DNA of 34,045 bases, from NCBI RefSeq assembly GCF_006345805.1, contig NW_021831907.1, positions 1 to 34,045 on the forward strand, read 5' to 3'. The notes beneath the pieces are model-generated. The model was not told the origin of the DNA. It worked only from the letters and a program-made list of their open reading frames with translations, and ran no database searches. Below are positions 1 to 13,030 of the stretch, in pieces (position 1 is the stretch's first letter; each line of letters opens with the position of its first letter). The translations under genes were made by a program, and so were the position numbers. This DNA is from Octopus sinensis. Taxonomy: Eukaryota.

Positions 1-20
1 GTGTGTGTGTATATATATAG

Positions 21-51
<31 letters not shown>

Positions 52-57
52 GTATAT

Positions 58-89
<32 letters not shown>

Positions 90-228
90 ATATATATATA
101 TGTATGTGTGTGTGTGTATTATATATATGTATGTGGTGTGTGGTAATATATATATATATTATGTTGTGTGTGGTGTGGTTATATATATATAATATATATA
201 TATATATTATATATATATATATATATAA
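1..228. repeat. Mixed (TG)n/(TA)n microsatellite
   Basis: Alternating GT and AT dinucleotide runs; accounts for ORF 5..265. Confidence 0.95.
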
Positions 229-297
229 ACATAAACATCTTAATGGAAAGAAGATAAATTATTGAGTCAAAGAAACGAAGATAGTTTATAGGGGGTG

Positions 298-332
<35 letters not shown>

Positions 333-1098
333 ACAACACACACAAATAAATGCTTGCACGCACACAATATACACAAGCGTCTACTTGCACATATATATTC
401 CACCAAATAAAAAATGAAAAACGGAAAGCTGTCTCAAAACAGGGAAGAAATCAGATATGACAGACAAACCTTCAACCATTTTACATGTAGAATCTAAGTT
501 GATGCACAAACGTAGACACACCTGCTATTGTTCAGTCCCCATACCATACCTAATTCATTAGCCTTATAATCAAAGGTATTCCAGGTGTGACTATCCTGTT
601 TTGGGTTGTAAGCATAGTATATATACCAGTCGTATACTCGTGCCATCAAAAAACGATGGCATTTTAAAATGAAGAACCTAAAACTACTATTTTATGGATG
701 TGTATTGATATAACCTACATTCCATGTATTTAATAGTCAATCGTTACAACACACCATATTTTGCCAGGCTGCATGAAAGTCCATTTACCAAAAGTAGAAT
801 ATTTTGTCAATAATCAACGCAGTATGCACTCCATACAGATGTTTCATAATAGCATATCTCCCTGTCTGTCTGTCTCTCTCTCTCTCTAGATATATATATA
901 TATATATATATATGAAAAGAAAGAGAGAGATGTTACAGTGAAACATCACTATATACCATTTTTTATTCAATATACGATCACTGTATATTTTCTATAATTA
1001 ATATAAATTAGTTTTCCGTCTAAATATACTATAACTTGTACTGTACTAGAATATACTTATTGCAACAGCTGTGTGTGTATATTATATATATATGTATA

Positions 1099-1130
<32 letters not shown>

Positions 1131-1156
1131 TATTATATATAATATATATATATATA

Positions 1157-1300
1157 CTTTATTTAAAAGCAGCAGAAATTTAACAAAAGCTATTACTCGG
1201 AGTTTCACGTTCCCGTTCGTCCGACGAACGGTAACGTGTGTTACATTTCTGCTGCTTTTAAATAAAGCATATTACTCTAACTTACTTCTACCTCTGGTAT
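1157..1300. mobile_element. Fold-back fragment, Penelope-like inverted terminal repeat with degenerate hammerhead core
   Basis: Perfect 23-bp inverted repeat ctttatttaaaagcagcagaaat (1157-1179 / 1245-1267) and inner 16-bp IR (1206-1221 / 1223-1238, 1 mismatch). Minus strand reads cggacga-acg-ggaa-cgt-gaaac-tc. Embedded in a (TA)n tract. Confidence 0.5.
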
Positions 1301-1301
1301 T

Positions 1302-1350
<49 letters not shown>

Positions 1351-1454
1351 GTGTAATTTTCAAACACTGTACAGTACATTGAGCATAATTTAAAACACTT
1401 CCTTCAGAAATCCCCTTTTTTTTGGTAAACATAATTGGATGATATCTTTTATTT

Positions 1455-1456
<2 letters not shown>

Positions 1457-1518
<62 letters not shown>

Positions 1519-1628
1519 GTATGTATATATATAAATAGTATGATATATATATGTATATATATATATATATATATCTATATATGTTATGTTGATATATAAT
1601 ATATATATATATTATATGTATGTAGGTA

Positions 1629-1662
<34 letters not shown>

Positions 1663-1702
1663 GTATATATATATATGTTGGATATTATATATATGTATAT
1701 AT
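1457..1702. repeat. (TA)n-rich microsatellite
   Basis: Long interrupted TA run. Confidence 0.95.
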
Positions 1703-2005
1703 AGATTCACGAATAATTAAGTAGCTCTCTTATTACGATTTTTTTTTTCTTTTTTTGGTGTGTGAAGAATCTGTTTCCAATTAGATTCCTTTAATCATCG
1801 CTTCTTTTTATGTACAACCGCAGACAATTCTTAATTCTAGTATGTACTGGTAAGAGTCATACACACACACACACACACACGTATGCACACGACGGTAGTT
1901 TGTTATGGGAGATAAAGATAATAAACGTTGTGTATTTTCGTTTCCAGTTCTACAATTGAACTAACGCGATGAAAGAAACGTGTAGGCAATAAGTGGAACT
2001 GAAAA

Positions 2006-2049
<44 letters not shown>

Positions 2050-2060
2050 TATATATTATA

Positions 2061-2126
<66 letters not shown>

Positions 2127-2130
2127 TATA

Positions 2131-2496
2131 GGCGCAGGAGTGGCTGTGTGGTAAGTAGCTTGCTAACCACCCATGGTTTCCGGGTTCAGTCTCACTGCGT
2201 GGCACCTTGGGGCAAGTGTCTTCTGCTATAGCCCCGGGCCGACCATGCCTTTGTGAGTGGATTTGGTAGACGGAAACTGAAAAGAAGCCTGTCGTATACG
2301 GTGTATTTGTGTGTATATGTTTGTGTGTCTGTGTTTGTCCCTCTACCATTGCTTGACAACCGATGCTGGTGTGTTTACGTCCCCGTTACTTAGCGGTTCG
2401 GCAAAAGAGACCGATAGAATAAGTAATGGGCTTACAAGAATAAAGGCGGTGCTCCAGCATGGCCGCAGTCAAATGACTGAAACAAGTAAAAGAGTA
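2131..2496 (+). mobile_element. tRNA-derived SINE family A (CORE-like centre), near full length
   Basis: A-box-like tggctgtgtggtaag, B-box-like gggttcagtc, CORE-like ggcaccttggggcaagtgtcttc, internal TG tract, tail gactgaaacaagtaaaagag. Homologous to copies at 3563, 5794, 16925, 21333 and 27258. Confidence 0.9.
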
Positions 2497-2614
2497 TAGG
2501 GTCGTGTATGTGTTTTTGGTGAAAAGGGGGCGGGGGAATTTGCAATGTACATTTTTTGTGTAAGTGTGCTGTCGAATATTGTTTTGCACAGTATCTAGTC
2601 GATTAGAACTAGAA

Positions 2615-2700
2615 TGAAAGGTGTTACAGCCGTGACCATCCCTTTTCAGTTATCACCATGTTGCCTAAGAGATTTTGTGGTTATTTCTAGCAGATCCAGA
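2615..2700 (+). repeat. Old dispersed repeat family C fragment
   Basis: Motifs aaaggtgttacagccgtgaccatcc and ggttatttctagcag recur in diverged form at about 570, 3000(-), 4665, 6445, 6905, 15640, 20590, 24350(-), 32820(-) and 33570. Confidence 0.55.
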
Positions 2701-3115
2701 AACCTCTTATAGGCGCCTACATTACTTGTTATATGCTCTTTCTTTACTATAGAATATAATAATTGTGTGTCTGTGCGGTGGCGATGGTGGGGACGTTTCA
2801 TCTGTTACTAATTTTCACTCACTGAAGTTTACTGTCGCCCAGTATTTAGCCATACACATTTTTATACACATTCACCAACGAGTAAAGTCTCTACGACCTA
2901 TTAGCATCAATAAACGCTATTTCTCAAATTACACCTTTCTGTCCGAGGAAATGTTCCATTGCATCACGTAATGTGGTCTTGAATACATTAGTGCGAATTA
3001 GAGGGATGCGTCACGACAGGAATGCCTTTGATATCTTAAGGTCCTTGCTCGATGGGACTTGATCTGAAACTAAACAGCAACATGATTAATTGGGCAGCGT
3101 GTGTGTTTGTTTGTT

Positions 3116-3164
<49 letters not shown>

Positions 3165-3562
3165 GGTGGGTGGATGAAAACATTTAAAGATGGCCCAGAA
3201 ATACGCCAATTCCAACGTTAAGAGAAATTGCAGTTAACGTTTAGAATAAAGTGTATTTAATAATGGTAAGTATTCAGACGTTAATTGTGTGGTGGTGGTG
3301 GGGGGGAAAGACAATATTAGTTGATAACTAATAGTGTTTTAATTATATAAGCAAGTACAGGTGGAAGCGATAGCTTTGCACAGGTTTCTGTATTATTAAA
3401 TATCTTCAGATAACAGACTAGATGTAAGATGTCATTGTCTTACCACTAACTTGAGTGAAAAATGACAATATTGATATATTAGAAGCTGGGAAACTATTCT
3501 TCAGAATGTTACAGATTTGGGTGAAAGAGTCAACAGAATCCTTTTACTTCTAAAATGAGCAT

Positions 3563-3969
3563 TCTTTTACTTTTTTACTTTTTTACTTGTTCCAGTGACT
3601 TGAATGCGGCCATGCTGGAGCACCGCCTTTAGTCGAGCAAATCAACCCTTGGACTTATTCTCTGTAAGCCTAGTTCTTATTCTATCGGTCTATTTTGCCA
3701 AACCACTAAGTTACAGGAATGTAAGCACACAACCATCGGTTGTCAAGTGATGTTGGTGGAGGAGGAGGGGGGAGCAAACACAGACACACAAACATACACA
3801 CACACTCACACACACACATGTATATACGATGGGCTTCTTTCAGTTTCCATCTACCAATTCCACTCACAAGGCTATAGTAGAAGACACTTGTCCAAGGTGC
3901 CACGCAGTGGGACTGAACCCGGAACCATGTGGTTGGTTAGCAAGCTACTTACCACACAGACACTCCTGC
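3563..3969 (-). mobile_element. SINE family A, full length
   Basis: Reverse complement of the 2131 copy; (ttttttac)n tail at 3563-3590; head ends cactcctgc at 3969. Confidence 0.92.
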
Positions 3970-4654
3970 ATTGATTATAAAATTATAAAAAAACAAAACC
4001 AAACAATTTTTACGTTAATTAGTTACATATAATAATATATCAGCAGAAATCAACAGTCGGACTATTGTAAAGGGTAGAACGCGAAGACATTCAAATTCAA
4101 TAAATGCTGTTTGGGTATATGCAGGTAGATATCTGTGTGTGTATAAGATATACAATAAGTAATATTTCTTGTTGAGTACGTGACGGCGGTTAATTGTTCT
4201 TAACACTCACTGCTCGCTCGTCTTTTTATTCGAAGTTAGTCACTACCACCACCAATACTACCACTACTACTACTACTACTTCTACTACGACTACTACTAT
4301 TGACAATAACACCAGCAACAATAGTAATATAATGATGATGATAATCCCTCTTATAAGCTAACACGCAAACACTGCAGCCTGAGGCACCGGTTAAAGTTAT
4401 CTTCCTTTGATGTTTAAACTGTTGTCGTTTGTTTCAGGGCAATATGGACCACTTACTATTATTATCATTTTATTGATGCCATTGTTCTTTTCGTTTTCCT
4501 CAGTTCATTAAGGAGTCTTTCATTAAATCTAAATAATTGTCAATGTACACCAACACTTGAGATGTCACGTTATTGTTTTTACGTGGGAGTGACTACAGAT
4601 AGAGGCTGTAGCCAAAACACCAGTCTTTTGTGTGCTGTATATAGATATATATAC

Positions 4655-4810
4655 TGATAGCGCAGTCCTATGATCAAGAGCGACCCGGCAATGGCCATCT
4701 ATCCATTGTTATTTTCAGGTAATGCACCAAAGGACAATTATTTATATTGTACCTTTTAAAGACGGTTTGCGGAAAATTTGGTTGCTTTTCTTAGCACGTC
4801 GAACGACAAA
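4655..4810 (+). repeat. Dispersed repeat family C, degenerate
   Basis: cctatgatcaag...ggcaatggccatc...aatttggttgcttttcttagca matches family C motifs in the same order. Confidence 0.45.
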
Positions 4811-5534
4811 CAGCATAGAAGGTACTTCGTTAGCTCGAATACCCACGGTAATTAATTAATTAACAGTAGTTAATTATTATAATTAGCAACACGCTTAAAT
4901 GTCACATTGTTGTTCATGAAATGCGAGAACATGTTATATGATGGGTACACCACCCGTTAACACAGCCTTCATCTTTGGTACATGTATTGTTGAACCCTGG
5001 AAAGCTTTCAGATTAACCTTGAAAGATCGATTGCAGAATAACGAAAGACTCCAAATACGACTCATTCTCTACAGGATCGCTTTTACCTTTTGCAAATCGC
5101 CAACACTCGATTTTTTGTTGTTGTTTTTTATATATATATATTTATTTATTTATTTTGAAAAAAATCTTGTCTGTTGGGCCTGAGTGTTGATTTTGGTAAA
5201 TTGGTCATTTACAATCTTTGTTTAAATCCTACCAACTTAACTTTATCTTTCATGGTCATTCGGTGGGGTTAATAAAGTAAGAAGCGGCCATGTCGGTATG
5301 GAAATCTAATAAGTCTACCTAAAACCCAAAATATGAGGCCTTGTCGCAACACAAGTAGAAATCGTTATGGTCATTAACACTCACATCACTGAAAACTAAG
5401 TCACTGAATCTAAATGAAAACTTTGTAGGTGAGGTTGCGCATGTAATCACTAAGATTTGATGCAGCCAATCCGAAGTTCCTATCTTCAATGATGATGAGG
5501 GGAATAATGATGAAGATGACCATCATAATAGCGG

Positions 5535-5700
5535 CGGCAGTTTTGAAGGGCGGGGAGTTAGCCGATCGAATCAATTTCAGTAGTTGACTGGTTCTTTATT
5601 TTATCAAGCTGATCTTGGCATAATTTCAACGTAAACTTACAAGCCGGAACTGAATACCGCAAAGTATTTTGTCAATGCTTTGACGATTCTGCTAATTGGC
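5535..5700 (-). mobile_element. Highly degenerate SINE family B
   Basis: gactggttctttattttatc and aataccgcaaagtatttt...gacgattctgcta align with the family B reverse complement. Confidence 0.45.
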
Positions 5701-5793
5701 TCCAAGGTTGTGGAACTCGTACGTTGAAACATTTAGAATATCAAGACACTTCGAGTGAGAGTGACAACCGTCTCAGTTAACTAATTACACTTA

Positions 5794-6011
5794 ACTCTTT
5801 TACTTGTTTCAGTCATGTGACTGTGGCCATGCTGGAGCACCGCCTTTAGTCGATCGAGCAAATCGACCCCAGGACTTATTCTTTATAAGCCTAGCACTTA
5901 TTCAATCGATCTCTTTTGCCGAACCGCTAAGTTACGGGACGTAAACACACCAGCATCGGTTGTCAAGCGATGTTGGGGTGGGGGACAAACACAGACCAAC
6001 ACACACATTAT

Positions 6012-6047
<36 letters not shown>

Positions 6048-6210
6048 ATGACGAGCTTCTTTCAGTTTCCGTCTACCAAATCCACTCACAAGGCTTTGTT
6101 CGGTTCGAGGCTATAGAAGAAGACACTTGCCCAAGGTGTCACGCTTTGGACTAAACCCGGAACCATGTGGTTGGTAAGCAAGCTACTTACCATACAGCCA
6201 CTCCTACGCC
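5794..6210 (-). mobile_element. SINE family A, full length with internal (TA)n
   Basis: Reverse complement of the 2131 copy, from ctcttttacttgtttcagtc to cactcctacgcc; internal microsatellite is (TA)n here. Confidence 0.93.
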
Positions 6211-6439
6211 TATTAGTTCAATTAGTTTTATATCATTAGTGGGTATGTTATTAGTGTGTTCGTGGTGGAAAGAACGATAGAGCAATAGACTAAAATGTCT
6301 TCATTATTAGCAACTACCCTCCATTTTCTTAGTTCGACTCTAACTAAAGTTGATTTAGGAAAAGTAGCATCTTAGAAATGACAGCTTTGGTTTCGATACC
6401 GGGTTTTTAGCCTTCTGCCGCTAAAGGTGTTTGTCATCA

Positions 6440-6940
6440 ATGAGAAGACCTATGATTGAAAACTTTCTAGCCGTAACCATCCCATCGGTTTTTTCTAGGA
6501 TTGCATTATCCAGTGTGTCGCTCGTTCATGATGGTATGGTGTGGTTTAAGGCGGTGAGCTGGCAGAAACGTTAGCACGAGGGGCGAAATGCTTAGCAGTA
6601 TTTCGTCTGCCGCTACGTTCTGAGTTCAAATTCCGCTGAGGTCGACCATGCCTTTCATTCTTTCGGAGTCGATTAAATAAGTACCAGTTATGTACTGGGG
6701 TCGACTTAATCCGTTTGTCTGTCCTTGTTTGTCCTCTCTATGTTTAGCCCCTTGTGGGTAGTAAAGAAATAGGTATGGTGTGATTTTAGGAAATCTGGCT
6801 CCTGTTTCTAACATCCACATCAAACCTCACTATTTGGCATTAAAGAGGCACCTGTATGGTTTTGGTTATTCTTTGGTCCAGATCAGCCCCGATTGTGTAA
6901 AAGTATAATCAAAGACATTGCAGCCGTAACCATTTGGTTA
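6440..6940 (+). repeat. Family C repeat(s) interrupted by a SINE B insertion
   Basis: gacctatgattgaaaactttctagccgtaaccatcc (about 6446-6485) continues after the SINE as aaatctggctcctgtttcta; a second family C start lies at about 6860-6935. Confidence 0.5.
6550..6773 (+). mobile_element. tRNA-derived SINE family B (Nin/Deu-like domain), full length
   Basis: Head ggcggtgagctggcagaaacgttagc, B-box gagttcaaattcc, gcctttcattctttcggagtcg domain, tail gtaaagaaatagg. Flanked by ggtatggtgtg(g/a)ttt direct repeat (6533-6547 / 6772-6786), a probable TSD. Confidence 0.93.
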
Positions 6941-7514
6941 TCAGAGACTACATTGTCAAATGAATTCTTCGGATCTTGTCCACATTTCCTTTTAATGATG
7001 TTTTATTGTGACGAATGTTGTAGAACCAAACGATTTAGTCAGTTGAGTTAATTTCGGTTCTGAATTGAAACTAAATTCCATACTTTGAGAGCAGAGATCA
7101 ACATCGTGTCATCAAATCCGTTATATCATAAATTTTCCGTAACTGTGTTCTTTTGTCACGAAGACTACTTTTACAGCAATGTTTCGCGACGTAGTAAGCT
7201 TTCTTCACTCATGTAAATGTGAGATTATGTAACCGTCCTTTAAAAACAAAATACAAAAACGAATTAAATTAAAAAGGATAGTTTTTATCTGCAGTTGGCA
7301 GAAACGATGAAAGCCAGAATGCCGAACTAAAAGACATTTAAATATTCAGTTTCTGACGTTTATGATGAAATGAACTGATATGCTGCCCAGTTCAAATTTG
7401 TCTTCATTCCAATGAGTGCTTCAAAATGAAGTTACCAATAATATATTAGACCCAGTAGCAATTCAGCAAGAAAACATAAGTAAATGCACACATCCTTCTG
7501 AGATAGGATATCAT

Positions 7515-7815
7515 TGTGTGAATATATATCATTGTGTGTGTGTGTGTGTGGCTTCTGTACATTTATACACTTATTTATGCGTGTGTATGTGTTTGTGTAT
7601 ATGTGTGTGTGTGTATATATATGTATATATGTATAAATATATATATATGTGTGGTGTGTGTGTTATGTATATTATGTATATATATATGTGTATATGTATA
7701 TATATATATATGTGTATATGTATAATATATATATGTGTGTATATGTATATATATATTATATATGTATATATATATGTGTGTATATATATACATAATGTGT
7801 ATGTATGTATGTATA

Positions 7816-7846
<31 letters not shown>

Positions 7847-7854
7847 ATATATAT

Positions 7855-7905
<51 letters not shown>

Positions 7906-8035
7906 AAGAATGCATATATGTGCATAAGTTTGTATATATTTACATACATATGTCTTTATATACAAATCAATTCACATATATTTATATATATATATTATAT
8001 ATATATATACACACACACACACACATGTATATATA
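7515..8035. repeat. Compound (TG)n/(TA)n microsatellite
   Basis: Low-complexity tract; explains the overlapping Y/I/C/V-rich ORFs. Confidence 0.95.
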
Positions 8036-8040
8036 AAAAA

Positions 8041-8856
8041 CAGCCTCAGTACGCTGGAAATAGTACCCTTTTTCCAAAAGTATGGCTCCCTCACAGATAG
8101 TCCAACCAGGATCAGTGAGGTACTGAATGACCGGTTCAAAAGTGTCTTTACCACCCCGTTGGAACACAGACAAGTGAACGAACCAGTGGACAGCTTTGCC
8201 GCCTCACCTATACCCAGCCAAGCATTTACGATGGAATACATCGACATAAGCGAAGAAGATTTACTACTAGCCTTAGATGAGGTGGACGCAAGCTCAACTG
8301 CTGGTTCTGATAGTTTTTCAGCAATCCTCCTCAAATCATGTAAGCAAGCCCTGGCAAAACCCCTCCAGATTCTCTTTCAGAGTTTTCTTGCAAATGGCAG
8401 ACTGCCCAGCAAGCTGAAGGAGGGCATGATATGCCCAATCCATAAAGGAGGGAGCAGAGCAGATGCCAAAAACTATAGACCTATCTCTCTGACTTCACAC
8501 ATCAGCAAAGTCATCGAACAGATCCTTGAAGAAAATAATTTGCTGAGTGATACCCAGTATGGCTTTCGACCAGATAGGAGCTGCCTGACCCAGCTCTTAC
8601 AACATTATGACTGGGTGTTGAGGCAGTTACTCAACAACTCAAATGTAGACGTAGTATACCTTGATTTTGCAAAAGCTTTTGACAAAGTGGATCATGGCAT
8701 GATATGCCAAAAACTGCGTGATCTCGGCATAGCTGGAAAACATGGAGAGTAGTTACATGGCTTTCTGAAAGATAGAAGCCAGACACCTCAATGAAAACAA
8801 AAGTAGCGAGCGGTGTTCCGTAGGTCACTGTCTTGGGACCATTGCTTTTCATATAC
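8041..8856 (+). pseudogene. Non-LTR retrotransposon (CR1/L2-group) reverse transcriptase fragment, inactivated
   Basis: ORF 8159..8752 has PIHKGG, NYRPISLTSHISKV, QYGFRPDRSCLTQLL and [17 protein letters not shown]. In-frame TAG at 8750-8752 (expected W), then [10 protein letters not shown], a deletion, and [15 protein letters not shown] at 8809-8856. Truncated before the YADD motif. Confidence 0.93.
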
Positions 8857-8858
8857 CT

Positions 8859-8881
8859 ATATATATATATATATGATATTA

Positions 8882-8914
<33 letters not shown>

Positions 8915-8935
8915 CGTGAATATGTATATATATAC

Positions 8936-8966
<31 letters not shown>

Positions 8967-9143
8967 ATGTATATATATATGTATATATATACGTGTATAT
9001 GTATATATATATGTATACGTGTATATGTATAATATATACGTGTATATGTATATATATGTATACGTGTATATTATATATATATACGTGTATATGTATATAT
9101 ATATATGTATATGTATTATATGTATATATATATATGTATATGT

Positions 9144-9174
<31 letters not shown>

Positions 9175-9394
9175 TATATAATATACGTGTATATGTATAT
9201 ATATATATACGTGTATATGTATATATATATACGTGTATATGTATATATATATACGTGTATATGTATATATATATACGTGTATATGTATATATATATACGT
9301 GTATATGTATATATATATACGTGTATATGTATATATATACGTGTATATGTATATATATACGTGTATATGTATGTATATATACGTGTATATGTGT

Positions 9395-9425
<31 letters not shown>

Positions 9426-9593
9426 TATGTGTGTGTGTATATATATATATATACGTATATATATATGTGTGTGTGTATATATATACGTATATATATGTGT
9501 GTATATATATATATTTGTGTGTATATATATACGTATATATATGTGCGTGTGTGTATATATATATATATTTGTGTGTATATATACGTATATATA

Positions 9594-9638
<45 letters not shown>

Positions 9639-9700
9639 ATATATATATATATATGTGTGTGTGTGTATATATATACATATATATATACACACGTATATAT
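8859..9700. repeat. Compound TA micro/minisatellite with about 20-22 bp unit (tatatatacgtgtatatg) grading into TG/TA units
   Basis: acgtgtatatgtatata recurs tandemly across about 8930-9430; source of the 368-aa pseudo-ORF. Confidence 0.95.
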
Positions 9701-10184
9701 TGTCCACATGCTCGCGCGCGCGCGCACACATGGCCACCTTTTGAATAATAGTAACAGAACAGCCATCCTAGTTTTGTTAATGCTGAAGACATGCCAAATG
9801 TCTTCAGCGGACAGCGCAAAAGGCAAGGGTTTGAGGTGATAAAAACAAGTTATTATTTAAAATCCATAGTCTGTTTTGTACCTTATATTATGCAAAACTT
9901 TGTTGGCTCCTACGTCATACACTCTGCATTGAAATGGGTCCTACATAAGGTTTAGTTAAGTTATACTTTTCACAGGGATAGCGAAGTAAGAGGTCCTGGA
10001 TTGAAGATTAAAGCACCTCTACATGTCTCGCCATGTCTGTATGACATACACACATACATATGCGTACAAACAACTCTTTGTGCCATACTCTACACACTCC
10101 TTATATACGTGTATATGTATAAATGAAATGAAATGTATGTGTGTGTGTATGTATATATGTGCGGGTAGTCTGTGTATGTATATA

Positions 10185-10235
<51 letters not shown>

Positions 10236-10696
10236 ATATATATATACATACACGCATAATATATGTGTGTGTGTCTATGTATGCATGGAAACTATTTTCA
10301 TGTGTACATAACAAACGAGTCTACGTATGTGTCACACATGGGTGCGCGTATGTGCACGCGTGTCTCTATGAATCAGTGGGAAAGGAATACACGGATGACA
10401 AATTCCTTCAGTGAATTCCACAATGACATTGATGGGCAAAGAAATTTGTTTTCTCCTTTCTTGTATTTTATGTTGGGGGCGAAAGAGAAACGAAATCAAC
10501 AAATGTTGGTTCCCTTTGATATTTCACCCACTGAAATCCTTCAGATAAATAAATAAAGAAAGAAAGAACAACAGAAACAAGCAATTTCAGCTCAAAAATT
10601 GTGCCACTTAATAACGAAGTTTACCAACCAAAGCCAAAACGGAGATATTTCTAGAAAGTCTATTAAGGTTGCCATATTTCTTTCATTTTACTTGCG

Positions 10697-10794
10697 CTCT
10701 CTCTCTCTCTCTCCTTCTCTTTCTACCCGCTTTCTCTCTCTCTCCCCCCTCCTTTTCTCTCTCTCTCTCGCTACCCCTCCTTTTCTCTCTCTCT
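10697..10794. repeat. Degenerate (CT)n polypyrimidine tract
   Basis: About 100 bp almost purely C/T. Confidence 0.85.
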
Positions 10795-11759
10795 TTGGTT
10801 CTCTGCCAAAGTGAAAGAGAGGATAGAAAAATAATCGAGCTTAAAATGTCCCCTAAGCAATTTCAACAGTGCTGGTTCATTTGTCATTTGCATGTAATTT
10901 AAATAATTGTTACACGTCCTTCCTACAACCCCTACTCCTGAACGAAAAACCATTTCGTCGAAAACATTAAGCAGATGGTAATATTTATGACAGTATTGTG
11001 GGGATTGGAAAATAAATAAAAGTCGCCATTGTAACTTAATAGGAAACCCTATCAAGTTTTATCACCCATATGAATACTTATCGCCGTTGTCGAATACAGT
11101 GGTTAATATTACAAAAGCAATTAGTTTATTTGTCTTGATCTCTGTGTAATGATTCCAGCAACAACTTGAAACGTTTTGTAGGAAAACTTACAGACAAGTA
11201 AGTTACAAATGAATACAGAAAACATCTAATTTTACCATTTTAGAGCTTTTAAAGTTCACACCCTTCCCTCTTACCACACCAAAACCTCCATAGTTTTTCA
11301 AGTATCCCAACTTAATCTTGTTCTCTCGATGCTATCAACAAGAAGACCTGATAACTGAAATACTAGAATATAATACTAAGCTACAAATATATTAAACGTA
11401 TTGGCAATCAAATCTGTTGAAGGAAAATATAAATTTGAACTGTTCTTCCTCTCCACGTCCTCAACACATCAGTCCCCACATGCACCTCACTGGACATAAA
11501 TCAGGAGAAATTTTGAAGTTTTGCTGTTGACGGACGGACAGATTGGGGGGGGGGGTACACACACACACACACACACAAATACTAACGCACGCAAATGCAA
11601 AATGGTAGGTCCAACTTGTGAGTGCGCATACGCATCTACATGCATGCATATGTATACTTCTGGTGTGTGCTGGCGTATGTGAGTGTGTATATATATATAT
11701 GTATGTATTTCTATACACACATACACATACTAGTTTGAAGGTACGATGTGTCACTATAT

Positions 11760-11992
11760 CCTATTTCTTTACTACCCACAAGAAGCTAAACACAGAGAGG
11801 ACAAACAAGGACAAACAAAGGGATTAAGTCGATTACATCGACCCCAGTGCGTAACTGGTACTTAATTTATCAACCCCGAAAGGATGAAAGGCAAAGTCGA
11901 CCTCGGCGGAATTTGAACTCAGAACGTAACGGCAGACGAAATACGGCTACGCATTTCGCCCGGCGTGCCAACGTTTCTGCCAACTCGCCGCC
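11760..11992 (-). mobile_element. SINE family B, young full-length copy with 12-bp TSD
   Basis: Reverse complement of the 6550 copy; gtgtcactatat duplicated at 11748-11759 and 11996-12007. Confidence 0.95.
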
Positions 11993-12031
11993 TTCGTGTC
12001 ACTATATATCCAGAAGCACGAGGGTGAGAGC

Positions 12032-12073
<42 letters not shown>

Positions 12074-13030
12074 TCCTTTAGCATGTTGATGACTGTCCAT
12101 AATATATCTAACTGGAAAACAGTGGGCTCCCCCGTAGGTAATTATTCCCAAGTAATAGGGGATAAAATGTCACTGGAAATATTTAACTTCTACAAGGGAT
12201 AGGGTTTTACCGCTGGACAAATTAATCTTCTGCCAGAGTAACAGATTCGAAACTAAGCAAATCAGCGGGAGGGTCATTCAACAGAATAGATAAAACAACA
12301 ACAGTGTTTACACTAGTTGTTGTCAGTGAACGCTCTCTATATCAGACTGAACTCATACATTTATAAAGAGAGATCAGTCTATAATTTAAAGAAAGAAAAG
12401 GCAAGATTTTTTAGAGGGGACTCTGTATGTGTATGTGTGTACACGCGCGCGTAAACTTAAAATGTATTTATAAGCTTCCAGTAGATTCTTTTACTCTATA
12501 GCAGTATTTGAGAATCAGTGTGTGTGAAATTCAAAACAACCTTTGATAACAACAGTTACTGATAAGTCAGAGTTCATTTAAAAGGAATAGGTGACGAACC
12601 ATAGTCAGCCATGTTAGTCTTCATTTCTGTATCTCGGTCGTACACCAAAAAAAAAAGAAAAAAAATGTTACTTAGAAAACGTATTTGTTTCGCCGAAACA
12701 ATAATTAAAAAGAATAGGAAAGTGTTTATTACTGAAAGTTGAATCCGGTTCGTGTATTTATTTCCCTTTAAAATCCAACGATTTAATTTGCAAAATACAA
12801 CAAATAATGATTTAATATGAATATAGTAATGAAAAATATTGTATGAGACATATAAAGTAAGTAGTGGCTTGTGAATAATATCTATGTAACTGTGGAATCG
12901 ACAAGAGTAAAAGTTAAAGTTTTGAACCCTGAGTGGAATCTTATCATTTGTCACTTAACTAAAGAACACTTAGTACTGGATACTTGAACTTGTCTGCAGA
13001 TATGAAAGTACCATGAAATTGTACACAATA

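Noticed and set aside
4705-4724. Second AG|GT recursive-site candidate (ttttcag|gtaatg)
   Set aside because: Short pyrimidine tract, weaker donor, and it lies within a family C repeat.
8631-9839. Longest ORFs (up to 368 aa, Y/I/T/H/V/C-rich) on both strands
   Set aside because: Translations of stop-poor TA/TG micro- and minisatellite; open in all frames.
11847-12089. Recurrent ORF MRNWYL...RKDERQS (also 13118, 18975)
   Set aside because: Antisense reading of SINE B, not a gene family.
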